A DNA stretch of 37,573 nucleotides, from positions 1-37,573 of the forward strand of contig JBOIBD010000002.1 in assembly GCA_050739415.1 (NCBI GenBank), read 5' to 3'. Below, piece after piece: positions 11,101-20,795 of the stretch (position 1 is its first letter; every line of letters starts with the position of its first letter). This stretch comes from Gammaproteobacteria bacterium (lineage in GTDB: Bacteria > Pseudomonadota > Gammaproteobacteria > Natronospirales > REEB76). Made by a program: the position numbers and the translations under genes. Under the pieces are notes generated by a model that was not told the origin of the DNA, searched no databases, and worked only from the letters and a program-made list of their open reading frames with translations.

Positions 11101-14100
11101 TCAGTGTTTCAGCAAACTATTCGCCTGGACAATATCCGACTGCAATCGTGTTTCACCGTTTTTAGCTCGATTCGATAGCAGCGTGAAGACCTGCTGCTGA
11201 GCGGGCGTGGGCGGCACAAACGCCAAGCCCACATCGGCAGCGAGATACGCCAGATGACTGCGCAGTTTCGGCTCATATACCAAGCTGCCCTCAGCCGACT
11301 GCATTTTGAGTTGCACCAGATCACCGATGTCCCGGTCCAGATTGTCGAGTGTGGTGCTTGCGCGGTTCGCCGATACCTTTTTGTCGGTTACCACTTTTTG
11401 CAATGCGGTGCGGGCTTCAATGGCCTGATTGAGCTTGGTATCCAAGCTGTTGAGTGCGTCGTGGATATGCATCAGGAGATCAAATTGCTGCTGCAACTCC
11501 GGTTGTGTAGTCTGAACGCGCGGGCCGAGCTTCACCTCGAATGGCTGCCCCTGCGTTTTGCCGCCATAGCTCAGCACTGCACGGTACGTGCCGGGGACTA
11601 CCTCGGGGCCTTCCAGCGTGTCGTTCTCTCCGCCGGCCGCGTCAGGAACGAAGAAGCCCTTGACCTCTACTGCGTTGGGATAACGCATGTTCCACTGGAA
11701 ACGGTTCATGCCCGCGTGCAATTTATCTTTCTGGGCTTTTTTCTTGTCCTTATTCGTAATAGGCAAACTGATGCTGTCGATGAGCTTGCCCTGTGCATCG
11801 GTAAAGCTCAGCTTCACGGGCATGTGCCCGTCATAGCCGGCCGGCAGATGGTAGAACACGCTCATGCCCGGTGCGAGGTTATGGCCCTCGCCCGAATGGT
11901 ACTTGCCGAAACGCTTCACCAGCCAGGCTTGTTGCGGCGCGAACAGATACGGCGCATCGCTTGCAACTTGTGCCCGGCTTAATTGTTCGAGGAAACTGAG
12001 ATCATCCATTACCCAGAATGCACGGCCGTGGGTAGCCAGCACCACGCTGTGTTGTGCGGGCTGAATTGCGATATCGCTCACCCGCACCGATGGCAGATTG
12101 AGCGCCAGAGGCAGCCAGTTGGCACCGCCGTCCAGGCTCATATACACCGTCTTGCTGGTGCCGAGGAACAACAGATTCGCATCAGTTGGATCCTGGCGGA
12201 TGCTCTCCAGATATTGATTGTCGGGTAACCCGGATGCAAGCGCGGTCCAATGCTTGCCGTAGTCCGTGGTCTTGTACACGTAGGGTTTAAGATCATCCCA
12301 CTGATAGTGGCTGGCGGTTAGGTAGGCGGTACCCGCTTCGGTATGGGATGCCTCGACGCAGGTAATTGTTATCCAAGTCGGTAGTCCCGTGGGCGTCACC
12401 GGATTCCAATGGCGTCCGCCATCGGCGGTGACATACACCAGCCCGTCGTCGGAACCAGTCCAGATGATGTTGTCATTCAGCGGTGATACTGACATGGCGG
12501 AAATAGTGTCGTAGGCCTCCGCGCCGGATACGTCGGCGCTGATGGGTCCACCCGGGCGGCCCTGCTTGCTTTTGTCATTGCGCGTCAGGTCCGGACTGAT
12601 GCTGGTCCAGGTGAAGCCGTCGTCCATACTTTTCATCACGTACTGGGAGCCGATCAGCAGCTCCTTGGGATTGCCGGGTGCGAACAGAATGGGATGATGT
12701 ATCCAGGCGAACCGGTACTTAAGTTCCGCTGCGGACGCGCCTTCCTGGTACAAGGGCCAGGGACTGATGCTCTGCATCACATTGGTACGGCTGTTGCCTT
12801 TCCAGAATAGCGTGTAGTAGCCAGCGCCGTATGTGATCCAGGGTTTGCCCGGTTGCGGAACCACCCAGGTGCTTTCACCGCCGGGAACGCTGTTCCAGAC
12901 GTCGAGTGGAATGCTGCCGCTGTCGGTGGCGCTTGGTCCTTCAAACGAGCCTTCATCCTGTTGTGCGCCATAGACGTGGAAGGGGAACTGTTCGTCGAGA
13001 TTTACATGATAGAACTGACCGGTTGGCTGGTTCCATACTGTGCTCCAAGTCAATCCGGCGTCCTGTGTCACAGTCGCACCGCCGTCATTGCCTTCGATCA
13101 TAATGTTCGGCTGATTCGGATTGATCCACAGCGCATGATTGTCGCCGTGCGGCGTGTGCAACTTCTTGAGAGTCTTGCCCCCATCATGCGAAACCCACAA
13201 TGCCGACACCTGTGGGAAGTAGACCGTGTTCGGATCCTTGGGATCCACATACAGTGTCGAGTAATAGAACGCGCGCTGCGTGAGGTCCATGCTGCTGTTT
13301 ACCAGCTTCCAGCTTTGGCCGGCGTTGTTGGAGCGGAATACGCCGCCGTCCTTGCCTTGGTATTTAGCCTGGATGATGGTGTACATAACGTTCGGATCGC
13401 CGGGCGCAATGGCGAGACCGATGCGGCCAAAAATACCCGTCGGCAGTCCGGCATTGTGGGTGATGTTTTTCCAGGAACTGCCGCCGTCGGTGGATTCGTA
13501 CATGCCGCTGCCGGGACCGCCGCTGGAAAAGCCCCAATGTGTCCGATACGCCTGCCAAAGAGCAGCGTACAAAATTTGCGGATTGCGCGGGTTCATGACC
13601 AGGTCAATGGCACCGGTCTGATCATTCACGTATAAAATCTTTTTCCAAGTCTTGCCGCCATCCGTGCTCTTGTACACGCCGCGCTCGGGATTCGAAGCGA
13701 ATACATGGCCCATGGCCGCGACATACACGATGTCGGGATTATTCGGGTCCACCACGATGCGGCTGATGATTTGGGTATCAGCAAGGCCGATGTGGGTCCA
13801 GGTCTTGCCTGCGTCGGTGGATTTGTACATGCCGTCGCCGGTCAGCAGGGTATTGCGGATATCCGATTCGCCGGTGCCAACATAGATGACTTTGGGGTCC
13901 GAGGGCGCCACTGCGATGGCGCCGATATTGGCGTTATCAAATTGACCGTCGGAAAGATTTTGCCAGGTGGCACCGTAGTTCGCGCTCTTCCATACGCCGC
14001 CGCCGGTGGCGCCCATGTAATACAGATTTGGCTGTTGCGTCACGCCGGTGACTGCGATCACGCGCCCGCCCACATAGGGGCCGATGCTGCGCCAATTAAG

Positions 14101-14223
14101 CGCGCTGAGAAGTTGCGTTGGCGGTACCGCAGCGGCGCTGGCCGCAAACGGGAGGGTAATGAATAAACTGGCGCATCCTACTGCCAGCGACCGGAGAGCA
14201 CCTTGGGATATCTTGTTCTTCAT
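11101..14223 (-). CDS. Secreted BNR/Asp-box repeat protein (sortilin/VPS10- or glycosyl-hydrolase-like beta-propellers) with a C-terminal helical region
   Basis: Eleven S/T-x-D-x-G-x-(T/S)-W type Asp-boxes, for example STDAGKTW, STDGGKTW, STDGGSSW, TTDYGKHW and SLDGGANW. It has a signal peptide ending AASAAA. I prefer the ATG at 14223 with GGAGG 6 nt upstream, although the ORF track begins at a TTG at 14229. Confidence 0.8.
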   Translation of the reverse strand: MKNKISQGALRSLAVGCASLFITLPFAASAAAVPPTQLLSALNWRSIGPYVGGRVIAVTGVTQQPNLYYMGATGGGVWKSANYGATWQNLSDGQFDNANIGAIAVAPSDPKVIYVGTGESDIRNTLLTGDGMYKSTDAGKTWTHIGLADTQIISRIVVDPNNPDIVYVAAMGHVFASNPERGVYKSTDGGKTWKKILYVNDQTGAIDLVMNPRNPQILYAALWQAYRTHWGFSSGGPGSGMYESTDGGSSWKNITHNAGLPTGIFGRIGLAIAPGDPNVMYTIIQAKYQGKDGGVFRSNNAGQSWKLVNSSMDLTQRAFYYSTLYVDPKDPNTVYFPQVSALWVSHDGGKTLKKLHTPHGDNHALWINPNQPNIMIEGNDGGATVTQDAGLTWSTVWNQPTGQFYHVNLDEQFPFHVYGAQQDEGSFEGPSATDSGSIPLDVWNSVPGGESTWVVPQPGKPWITYGAGYYTLFWKGNSRTNVMQSISPWPLYQEGASAAELKYRFAWIHHPILFAPGNPKELLIGSQYVMKSMDDGFTWTSISPDLTRNDKSKQGRPGGPISADVSGAEAYDTISAMSVSPLNDNIIWTGSDDGLVYVTADGGRHWNPVTPTGLPTWITITCVEASHTEAGTAYLTASHYQWDDLKPYVYKTTDYGKHWTALASGLPDNQYLESIRQDPTDANLLFLGTSKTVYMSLDGGANWLPLALNLPSVRVSDIAIQPAQHSVVLATHGRAFWVMDDLSFLEQLSRAQVASDAPYLFAPQQAWLVKRFGKYHSGEGHNLAPGMSVFYHLPAGYDGHMPVKLSFTDAQGKLIDSISLPITNKDKKKAQKDKLHAGMNRFQWNMRYPNAVEVKGFFVPDAAGGENDTLEGPEVVPGTYRAVLSYGGKTQGQPFEVKLGPRVQTTQPELQQQFDLLMHIHDALNSLDTKLNQAIEARTALQKVVTDKKVSANRASTTLDNLDRDIGDLVQLKMQSAEGSLVYEPKLRSHLAYLAADVGLAFVPPTPAQQQVFTLLSNRAKNGETRLQSDIVQANSLLKH

Positions 14224-14470
14224 TACCAACCTCCTGCCAGATGCTATGGAGGCGTCGTGCGTCCCTGCTCACCGCCTTCAAGCCTTGGGTTTGTGAGTAA
14301 GCCGTGGAAACAGTGAGCCGTGCCGGTTTGGATACCGACCCTGCCGACCCAACATGGGTTACGGCGGCAAAGCTTACGACTCCAGACTGATACTTGCAAA
14401 GAGTCGGATATGATCTTCTTGATCGATACGCAACCCTTAATACCAAGCGCAGCAGTTTCTGAAGCAGATT

Positions 14471-14489
14471 CTTGTCATATTTCTGTCAC
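14471..14489 (+). promoter_or_regulatory. Pho box (PhoB binding site) of the pstS promoter
   Basis: cTTGTCAT-ATTT-CTGTCAC matches two 7-bp CTGTCAT-type direct repeats separated by a 4-bp A/T spacer. A -10-like TACACT (14500-14505) lies 10 nt downstream. This is the classic arrangement in which a Pho box replaces the -35 element. Confidence 0.7.
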
Positions 14490-14533
14490 ATTCTCGCCCT
14501 ACACTTACCAGAATGTTTCAGACTAGGGGACGT

Positions 14534-15553
14534 ATGACCAAGACTATCCGCCAACTGCTGGTGGTCGCCGCGCTTGCCGTAGTGGCGGCTGCGGCTGGCG
14601 CGGCGGAGACCCAGCTTGCCGGGGCAGGGGGTACGGCGATTTACCCGGTGCTGGCCAACTGGGCGGCGCAGTACCACGACCTCACCGGTGTGGCGGTGAA
14701 CTATCAGCCCATTGGCTCCGGTGGTGGCATCCAGCAGATAGAAGTCAAGACCGTGGCCTTCGCTAACAGCGATATGCCCTTGCCGTCCGTAACGCTGCGC
14801 ACCAACCATCTTATCCAGTTCCCCGCGCTCATCATCGGAATCACGCCGGTGGTGGACATCCCTGGGATCAAGCCCGGAGAGATTACGCTCAGCGGAACTT
14901 TACTGGCGGATATTTATCTGGGGAACATCCAATACTGGGATGACCCGCGCATCATCGCGCTCAATCACGGCGTGACCTTGCCACACATGCGCATCATCAC
15001 GGTGTACCGCTCGGATGGCTCCGGGACCACCTTCAATTTCACCAACTATCTATCGAAAGTAAGCTCGGCGTGGCGCGAGAAAGTCGGTGTCAACACGGCG
15101 GTGTCCTGGCCGAACGGCGTAGGCGGCAAGGGCAACGCGGGCGTGGCCTCGTTCGTGAAGCAGATCCGTGGCAGCATCGGCTATGTGGAATATGCCTTCA
15201 CGCAGGAGACCCACATGGCCTGGACGCGAATGCTGAACCGCGATGGAAAGGTCGTGGCGCCGAATCTGGAAACCTTCGCGGCAGCGGCACGACACGCGGA
15301 CTTTTCCAAGGTGACGGATTTCAACCTCACCCTCACCGATGAACCCGGCGCGGATACTTGGCCCATCACCGCCACCACTTACATATTGATGCGCACCGAT
15401 TACCCAAAGGAAGACAATCAGGCAGTGCTGGCGTTTTGTCGCTGGTTCATGGACCACGGCCAGGAACAGGCTCGGCAATTGAACTATGTGCCGCTGCCCG
15501 CGCCTGTCGTTGAGCTCATCGAACGGTACTGGAAAAGAGAACTGGGGTTTTGA
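14534..15553 (+). CDS. pstS: Phosphate ABC transporter periplasmic binding protein
   Basis: Signal peptide MTKTIRQLLVVAALAVVAAAAGA followed by the PstS-like ...GAGGTAIYPVLANWA... region. It is the first gene of pstSCAB. The ORF is open from 14513, but I prefer the ATG at 14534, which has AGGGGA upstream. Confidence 0.93.
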   Translation: MTKTIRQLLVVAALAVVAAAAGAAETQLAGAGGTAIYPVLANWAAQYHDLTGVAVNYQPIGSGGGIQQIEVKTVAFANSDMPLPSVTLRTNHLIQFPALIIGITPVVDIPGIKPGEITLSGTLLADIYLGNIQYWDDPRIIALNHGVTLPHMRIITVYRSDGSGTTFNFTNYLSKVSSAWREKVGVNTAVSWPNGVGGKGNAGVASFVKQIRGSIGYVEYAFTQETHMAWTRMLNRDGKVVAPNLETFAAAARHADFSKVTDFNLTLTDEPGADTWPITATTYILMRTDYPKEDNQAVLAFCRWFMDHGQEQARQLNYVPLPAPVVELIERYWKRELGF

Positions 15554-16533
15554 GCAGCGCTACACCCTCTTCCGGCAGCTGGGTCAAATCCGCCCGGCAT
15601 CAGCGCAGCGCCGCTGCCGACACGTTGTTCCGTGGCATCACGCGCGTAGCGGCATTGCTGGTGCTGGCGCTGGTGATCGCCATCCTGGTGGTGTTACTGG
15701 TGCAGGCCTGGCCGGCGTTCCGGCAGTTCGGCTGGGGCTTTTTCACAGGCTCCGAATGGGATCCGGCTCATAACCGATTTTCTGCGCTCACTTCCATCTT
15801 TGGCACGCTGGTGACTTCGCTGATCGCCATGATCATCGCGGTGCCGGTGAGTTTTGGCATTGCGCTGTTTATTACCGAACTGGCGCCGGCCTGGTTACGG
15901 CGCCCTGTAAGCACGGCCATCGAATTGCTGGCGGCAATACCCAGCATCATCTATGGCATGTGGGGTCTGTTCGTGTTCGCGCCGCTGTTCGGTGAATATG
16001 TGCAACCTTGGATAACGACGCATATCGGAAACTGGCCGCTGGTAGGGATTCTGTTTCAAGGTCCGCCCATGGGCATCGGCATGTTTACCGCGGGATTGAT
16101 TCTCGCCATTATGGTGATTCCGTTCATCAGCTCGGTGATGCGCGATGTGTTTGATCTCGTGCCGACCGTACTCAAGGAATCTGCGTATGGCGTCGGCTGC
16201 ACCACCTGGGAAGTGGTGTGGAATGTCGTGCTGCCGTACACGCGCGTGGGTGTGGTCGGTGGTGTGATGCTAGGTTTGGGACGTGCGCTGGGTGAAACCA
16301 TGGCCGTGACGTTCGTGATCGGCAACAGTCACAGCATTAGTTCATCATTATTCATGCCAGGCAATACCATTTCCTCGACGCTCGCCAACGAGTTCTCGGA
16401 AGCGGTGGGCCAGACTTACACATCCTCCCTCATCGCACTCGGTTTGATCCTGTTTCTCATCACTTTCGTGGTGCTGGCACTGGCCAAGTTGCTGTTACTG
16501 CGCATGGCGGCGCGCGAAGGGAGCAAGAGCTGA
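15550..16533 (+). CDS. pstC: Phosphate ABC transporter permease PstC
   Basis: Polytopic membrane protein colinear with E. coli PstC (...GTLVTSLIAMIIAVPVSFGIALFITELAP...LLAAIPSIIYGMWGLFVFAP). The TTG start overlaps the pstS TGA. Confidence 0.9.
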   Translation: MSSATPSSGSWVKSARHQRSAAADTLFRGITRVAALLVLALVIAILVVLLVQAWPAFRQFGWGFFTGSEWDPAHNRFSALTSIFGTLVTSLIAMIIAVPVSFGIALFITELAPAWLRRPVSTAIELLAAIPSIIYGMWGLFVFAPLFGEYVQPWITTHIGNWPLVGILFQGPPMGIGMFTAGLILAIMVIPFISSVMRDVFDLVPTVLKESAYGVGCTTWEVVWNVVLPYTRVGVVGGVMLGLGRALGETMAVTFVIGNSHSISSSLFMPGNTISSTLANEFSEAVGQTYTSSLIALGLILFLITFVVLALAKLLLLRMAAREGSKS

Positions 16534-17384
16534 TGGCATTTTCCGCCCGCTATCTGCGTCGCCGCCTCGTCAATGGCACGAATCTGACGATGTCGGTGTT
16601 GGGGACATTATTCGGGCTATTCTGGCTAGCTTGGCTGCTATGGACGCTCGTCAGCCGAGGTCTGCGCTGGCTCGGACCGAGCCTGTTCACACAGAACACC
16701 CCGCCGCCAGTGGCGGCCGGTGGTCTGGCTAATGCCATCGTGGGTTCTCTGCTGATCACGCTGGTGGGCGTAGTGGTAGGCACACCCATCGGCATTCTGG
16801 CCGCCACCTGGCTCGCGGAATTTGGCCGGCATTCACGCACCGCAGCGGTAATTCGTTTCGTGAACGACATCCTGTTGAGTGCGCCGTCTATCGTCATCGG
16901 TGTGTTTATCTACGCCATCGTGGTCGCGCATTTTGGATATTTCTCCGGCTGGGCCGGCGGGCTGGCGTTGGCTATCATCATGCTGCCGGTGGTATTGCGT
17001 ACCACTGAGGACATGCTACGGCTGGTCCCTGACCAGATGCGCGAAGCGGCTGCGGCCTTGGGCGCGCCTCAGTGGCGGGTAGTGGTAACGGTGGTGTACC
17101 GTGCATCGCTGGGCGGCATACTCACCGGCGTCATGCTGGGCATCGCGCGCATCAGCGGTGAGACTGCGCCCTTGCTGTTCACCGCGCTCAACAACCAGTT
17201 CTGGAGCACCGACATGAGCAGGCCCATGGCTAACCTGCCGGTGATGATCTTCCAGTTCGCCATGAGCCCTTATGATAATTGGCAGCATCTGGCTTGGGCG
17301 GCGGCGCTGCTCATCACGCTCGCCATCCTGGTGCTGAGCCTGATCGCACGCACGCTTATTCATGCCAACTCATCTGTGAAATGA
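16533..17384 (+). CDS. pstA: Phosphate ABC transporter permease PstA
   Basis: 283-aa polytopic permease. Its start overlaps the pstC stop (TGATG). It is in the conserved position between pstC and pstB. Confidence 0.9.
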   Translation: MAFSARYLRRRLVNGTNLTMSVLGTLFGLFWLAWLLWTLVSRGLRWLGPSLFTQNTPPPVAAGGLANAIVGSLLITLVGVVVGTPIGILAATWLAEFGRHSRTAAVIRFVNDILLSAPSIVIGVFIYAIVVAHFGYFSGWAGGLALAIIMLPVVLRTTEDMLRLVPDQMREAAAALGAPQWRVVVTVVYRASLGGILTGVMLGIARISGETAPLLFTALNNQFWSTDMSRPMANLPVMIFQFAMSPYDNWQHLAWAAALLITLAILVLSLIARTLIHANSSVK

Positions 17385-18232
17385 ATATGGGCGATACGGA
17401 CACCACGATGACGCATGCCATCCCGCCGGAAGTCCTGGCAGGCTCAGCGCGTGTGCCTGGACGCAAGACGGTCATTGAAAAGCCGAAACTGACTATCCGC
17501 GAGCTGAACTTCTTTTACGGTAAATTTCAGGCGCTGCGTGATATCAATATGGACATCGCGGAACGTCAGGTCACCGCGTTCATCGGACCGTCCGGCTGCG
17601 GCAAATCCACTCTGCTACGCACTTTGAACCGTATTTACGGCCTGTATCCTGAGCAGCGCGCCACCGGCGAAATCATGCTCGACGGCCACAACATTCTGGA
17701 CCGGGACCAGGACCTGAATTATCTACGCGCCAAGATCGGTATGGTGTTCCAGAAACCCACGCCATTCCCCATGGCGGTGTACGAGAACATCGCTTTCGGT
17801 GTGCGGCTGTACGAACGCCTGTCACGCGTAAAGATGGACGACCGGGTGGAATGGGCGCTGCACAAAGCGGCACTGTGGGATGAGGTAAAGGACAAACTGC
17901 GGCAGAGTGGTACGCGCTTATCCGGTGGTCAGCAGCAGCGCTTGTGCATCGCCCGCGCCATTGCGGTGAAACCCGAAGTCATGCTTCTCGATGAACCCGC
18001 ATCGGCGCTGGATCCGATTTCCACCTTGAAGATCGAGGAGCTGATCGCCGAACTGAAAACCGATTACACCATTGTCATCGTCACCCACAACATGCAGCAG
18101 GCCGCGCGCGTCTCCGATTACACCGCCTTCATGTATCTCGGTAATCTGGTGGAATATGCTGATACCAGCACGCTGTTCACCAACCCGCTGCAGAAGCAGA
18201 CCGAAGACTACATCACCGGCCGCTACGGCTGA
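17381..18232 (+). CDS. pstB: Phosphate ABC transporter ATP-binding protein PstB
   Basis: Walker [13 protein letters not shown] signature [14 protein letters not shown] and Walker [14 protein letters not shown] prefer the ATG at 17381, which overlaps the pstA stop (ATGA). The longer ORF from 17279 would overlap pstA by about 100 nt. Confidence 0.95.
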   Translation: MNMGDTDTTMTHAIPPEVLAGSARVPGRKTVIEKPKLTIRELNFFYGKFQALRDINMDIAERQVTAFIGPSGCGKSTLLRTLNRIYGLYPEQRATGEIMLDGHNILDRDQDLNYLRAKIGMVFQKPTPFPMAVYENIAFGVRLYERLSRVKMDDRVEWALHKAALWDEVKDKLRQSGTRLSGGQQQRLCIARAIAVKPEVMLLDEPASALDPISTLKIEELIAELKTDYTIVIVTHNMQQAARVSDYTAFMYLGNLVEYADTSTLFTNPLQKQTEDYITGRYG

Positions 18233-18271
18233 TCCGCATAATTGTTTAAGGGATCTTCCCGTCCCATGAGT

Positions 18272-20284
18272 CTATTGCGGGGCAGAAGCAGCCGGCAGAT
18301 TCATGAGCCTGTGAACCTCTCCAAAACGCGGGTCGGTGCGGACACCGGCCCAGTCCGGACCGGATGTCAATAGCAGGGAATAGTCGTGATCATTTGCCGC
18401 ACGCTGCAATTCGGAAAAGCAGTGGGGTTTGTCGCCCAAGCTCCAGTACAGTCTGGCTGTCAGCACGCCGGAAACGTAATGTGCCGGCTCTTGCCGTTGC
18501 AGAGTCGCCAGGTATTGGGTAGCAAGGTTCTTGCCGTCAAAACCGCTTTCGGCCAAGCCCGATTCCATCAGGAGAAAAGGGCCAGGGGAATTCCGGGTGA
18601 CGCTGACTGCCAATTTTTCATCATTCAACACCTGTGCGTATTTTTTCATGGCCACGTGCGTTTCAGCCAGATACTCATAATACAGTTCAAAACGCGGCGT
18701 TTTGGCGATGCCAGCGTGTAACTGGTTTTCCGCCTGGCTCAACAGGCCTGCATACGCGAGTGCCCGGCCCAGGTTTGCATTGATGACAGGCAGATGCGGA
18801 TCCAGATGGTGCGCAATTCGCATTTGCTCCAGCGCCCGCGCCGCATCGCCGGTCAGCCAGAAATACTTTGCATACCATTGGTGTGCGATTGCGTTGTATG
18901 GATCAAGGCTCAGGGCACGCAGGTATTCCCGCTTGGCTTGCGTCCATTGCCAATGTTTTGCGTACAAAAATCCTAGTACCGCATGTGCAATCGGCAGCGC
19001 GGGATCCAGGGATATTGCCTTATTTGCAGCGGATAGGGCATCGTTGTAATGAGCATCCGGTGGGCGGCCATCACCATAGCTGGGCCATATGGCCCAGGCC
19101 ATGGCCAAGGCAGCCCAGGAGTTGGCGTAATCCGGATCCTGCTGGATGGACTTCCGAAAATCGTCAGTGGCCTGTTTGATGGCGTTGGCGGTGCGGTCAT
19201 TCAAGTATTCCCTGCCTACCAGATAGAGGTCCCTGGCAGCGGGGGCATTCGTCGAATAATTATCAGGGACGAAGGTAGTTGGATCAACGACTGGCATGTG
19301 CAGGTGTGCAGAAACAGCCTTAGTCAGTGCGTCCTCAATCTGGAATATCTGATTACGCGGGGCTGTTATTTTATCAGACCATGATTCATAACCGCTGGCC
19401 GGATTCACCAGTTGCACGTTGACGCGCAACATATCACCTTCGCGCTGTACGTTGCCTTCAATGATGTTATTGACTTTCCCGGCACAGTCAGTCTGTTGTG
19501 CCATTCTGGATCCACCCGGCGAACCGCATGATGCTATTTCAGTCAGCACGCGTACCCCGGAGATGCGATCCAGCGCGGTAGTCAACGCGCCTGTCATTTC
19601 CTCGCCCACGTAACCGCCGTCGGGATTCCGGCTCTGGTTCACGAAAGGCAGTATGGCCAGAACCAGTGGTTGGAGAGGTTCAGATGATTCTTCGCGTCTG
19701 CGCCTGTATTGATGCAGATACACTGCGCCGGAGATAATAACCAGAACCACCACAGTTGCTGCGGCAGCCAGCCATGGCCGGGTACCTGCGAACCGCTGAC
19801 CGCTTGAAGCCGGAGGAGAGGAGCGCAGCATGCATTCGGCTTCCCACAGCGATGCCGAGACTATCTGGATGGCATCCTTCAGACAACGACGGTAGGTGCT
19901 CAAGCTCAGGTGCAAGCTGTCGCAAACCGCACGTTGCTGGCGCAGCGGTGCGATGTAGGTGAGCAGCAATACTTGATAGAGGCGGCTGAATTTAGGGTTC
20001 TCGCCAAGGCGCTCGGAGTGCGAGCGGATCAGGTCACGTAGCGCCTGCGCAGGCGGTATGGCAGGGGACTGCGCCAGCTCCGCCGCAATCAGCCGGGAAG
20101 CGATTAAGGGGTTATGGCGTAAACGGTCTGGCCGGTTGTAGTCCTGCAGGGCTTGGTAAACCGCCAGCACGAATCCATATTCAGAATTAATATCGCTCGA
20201 TGGTTTTTCATCCTCCGTGGACGCAAGCGGAAGTTGCGGTCCAGCGCCGGTATTCTGTTCAGAAGACGATTTCCAGCTACTCAT
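18272..20284 (-). CDS. Membrane-anchored putative transcriptional regulator: sigma-70 region-4-like HTH, one TM segment, a TolB-N-like module and TPR repeats
   Basis: The N-terminal ...YQVLLLTYIAPLRQQRAVCDSLHLSLSTYRRCLKDAIQIV... resembles an ECF sigma region 4 / LuxR-type HTH. The TM segment is WLAAAATVVVLVIISGAVYL. Next comes LAILPFVNQSRNPDGGYVGEEMTGALTTALDRISGVRVL, an LPF-x-N-x-S module common in membrane TPR regulators. About 330 aa of TPR-like repeats follow. Confidence 0.6.
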   Translation of the reverse strand: MSSWKSSSEQNTGAGPQLPLASTEDEKPSSDINSEYGFVLAVYQALQDYNRPDRLRHNPLIASRLIAAELAQSPAIPPAQALRDLIRSHSERLGENPKFSRLYQVLLLTYIAPLRQQRAVCDSLHLSLSTYRRCLKDAIQIVSASLWEAECMLRSSPPASSGQRFAGTRPWLAAAATVVVLVIISGAVYLHQYRRRREESSEPLQPLVLAILPFVNQSRNPDGGYVGEEMTGALTTALDRISGVRVLTEIASCGSPGGSRMAQQTDCAGKVNNIIEGNVQREGDMLRVNVQLVNPASGYESWSDKITAPRNQIFQIEDALTKAVSAHLHMPVVDPTTFVPDNYSTNAPAARDLYLVGREYLNDRTANAIKQATDDFRKSIQQDPDYANSWAALAMAWAIWPSYGDGRPPDAHYNDALSAANKAISLDPALPIAHAVLGFLYAKHWQWTQAKREYLRALSLDPYNAIAHQWYAKYFWLTGDAARALEQMRIAHHLDPHLPVINANLGRALAYAGLLSQAENQLHAGIAKTPRFELYYEYLAETHVAMKKYAQVLNDEKLAVSVTRNSPGPFLLMESGLAESGFDGKNLATQYLATLQRQEPAHYVSGVLTARLYWSLGDKPHCFSELQRAANDHDYSLLLTSGPDWAGVRTDPRFGEVHRLMNLPAASAPQ

Positions 20285-20795
20285 CTATCCCCATACCCCG
20301 CTGGTGGTACAACTGCTTCTTGGGAGAATCTGGCAGGTTCGTATAACGCTAGTCCAGAGCGGTTGATGGGGTCAAGGTGCCCCTGTGCAGGCCGGCCGCG
20401 GCTCGGACCTGAGCCTCAGACAGCCCTGTTTTCTACAGGCCGCACCAATGGCGGCTTCTGACTGAATTTGAACATTTTTTGACACAAAATCGGTCTCCTG
20501 TCCTCCTATAGTTCGACTTTACTTAACTTAAAGCCGATTAGGATCACGCCACACGGTTGATGGCGGTAATTGCTTGGGGGTGTTTCGTTGCGGCTTGAGC
20601 CAGGCTTTGCCTGAACTTGTTTTGGGGAGACGACTATGACACTTCGGGGTTTGCCGGCCGGTTGTTTGGGGCACTGCAGAAAGTGATGCTGACGGCCAGT
20701 GGCGGAAGGGGAGACCGCAGCAGCTTTATCGTCGAGACCTGTATCTGGACCGACCCGTCAGGCTTGCCTGTCGGCCGGCGTCCATAGGCGGGAGA

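Noticed and set aside
11254-13635. Long plus-strand ORFs (242 aa at 11254-11982, 260 aa at 12853-13635, and 153 aa at 13705-14166) lie inside the BNR gene.
   Set aside because: They are antisense to an ORF carrying 11 regularly spaced Asp-box motifs. They have no recognisable motifs or ribosome-binding sites.
17279-17380. The ORF track shows a 34-codon N-terminal extension of pstB.
   Set aside because: The extension would overlap pstA by about 100 nt and adds an Ala/Gly/His-rich segment not seen in PstB proteins. The ATG at 17381, overlapping the pstA stop, gives a normal PstB.
20296-20312. The sequence ctggtggtacaactg partly resembles the tRNA-Val 3' end (tggtgggcggtac), which could make it a possible island att repeat.
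   Set aside because: Only about 9-10 scattered matching bases remain, and the GGC core is missing. That is too short and too imperfect to distinguish from chance.
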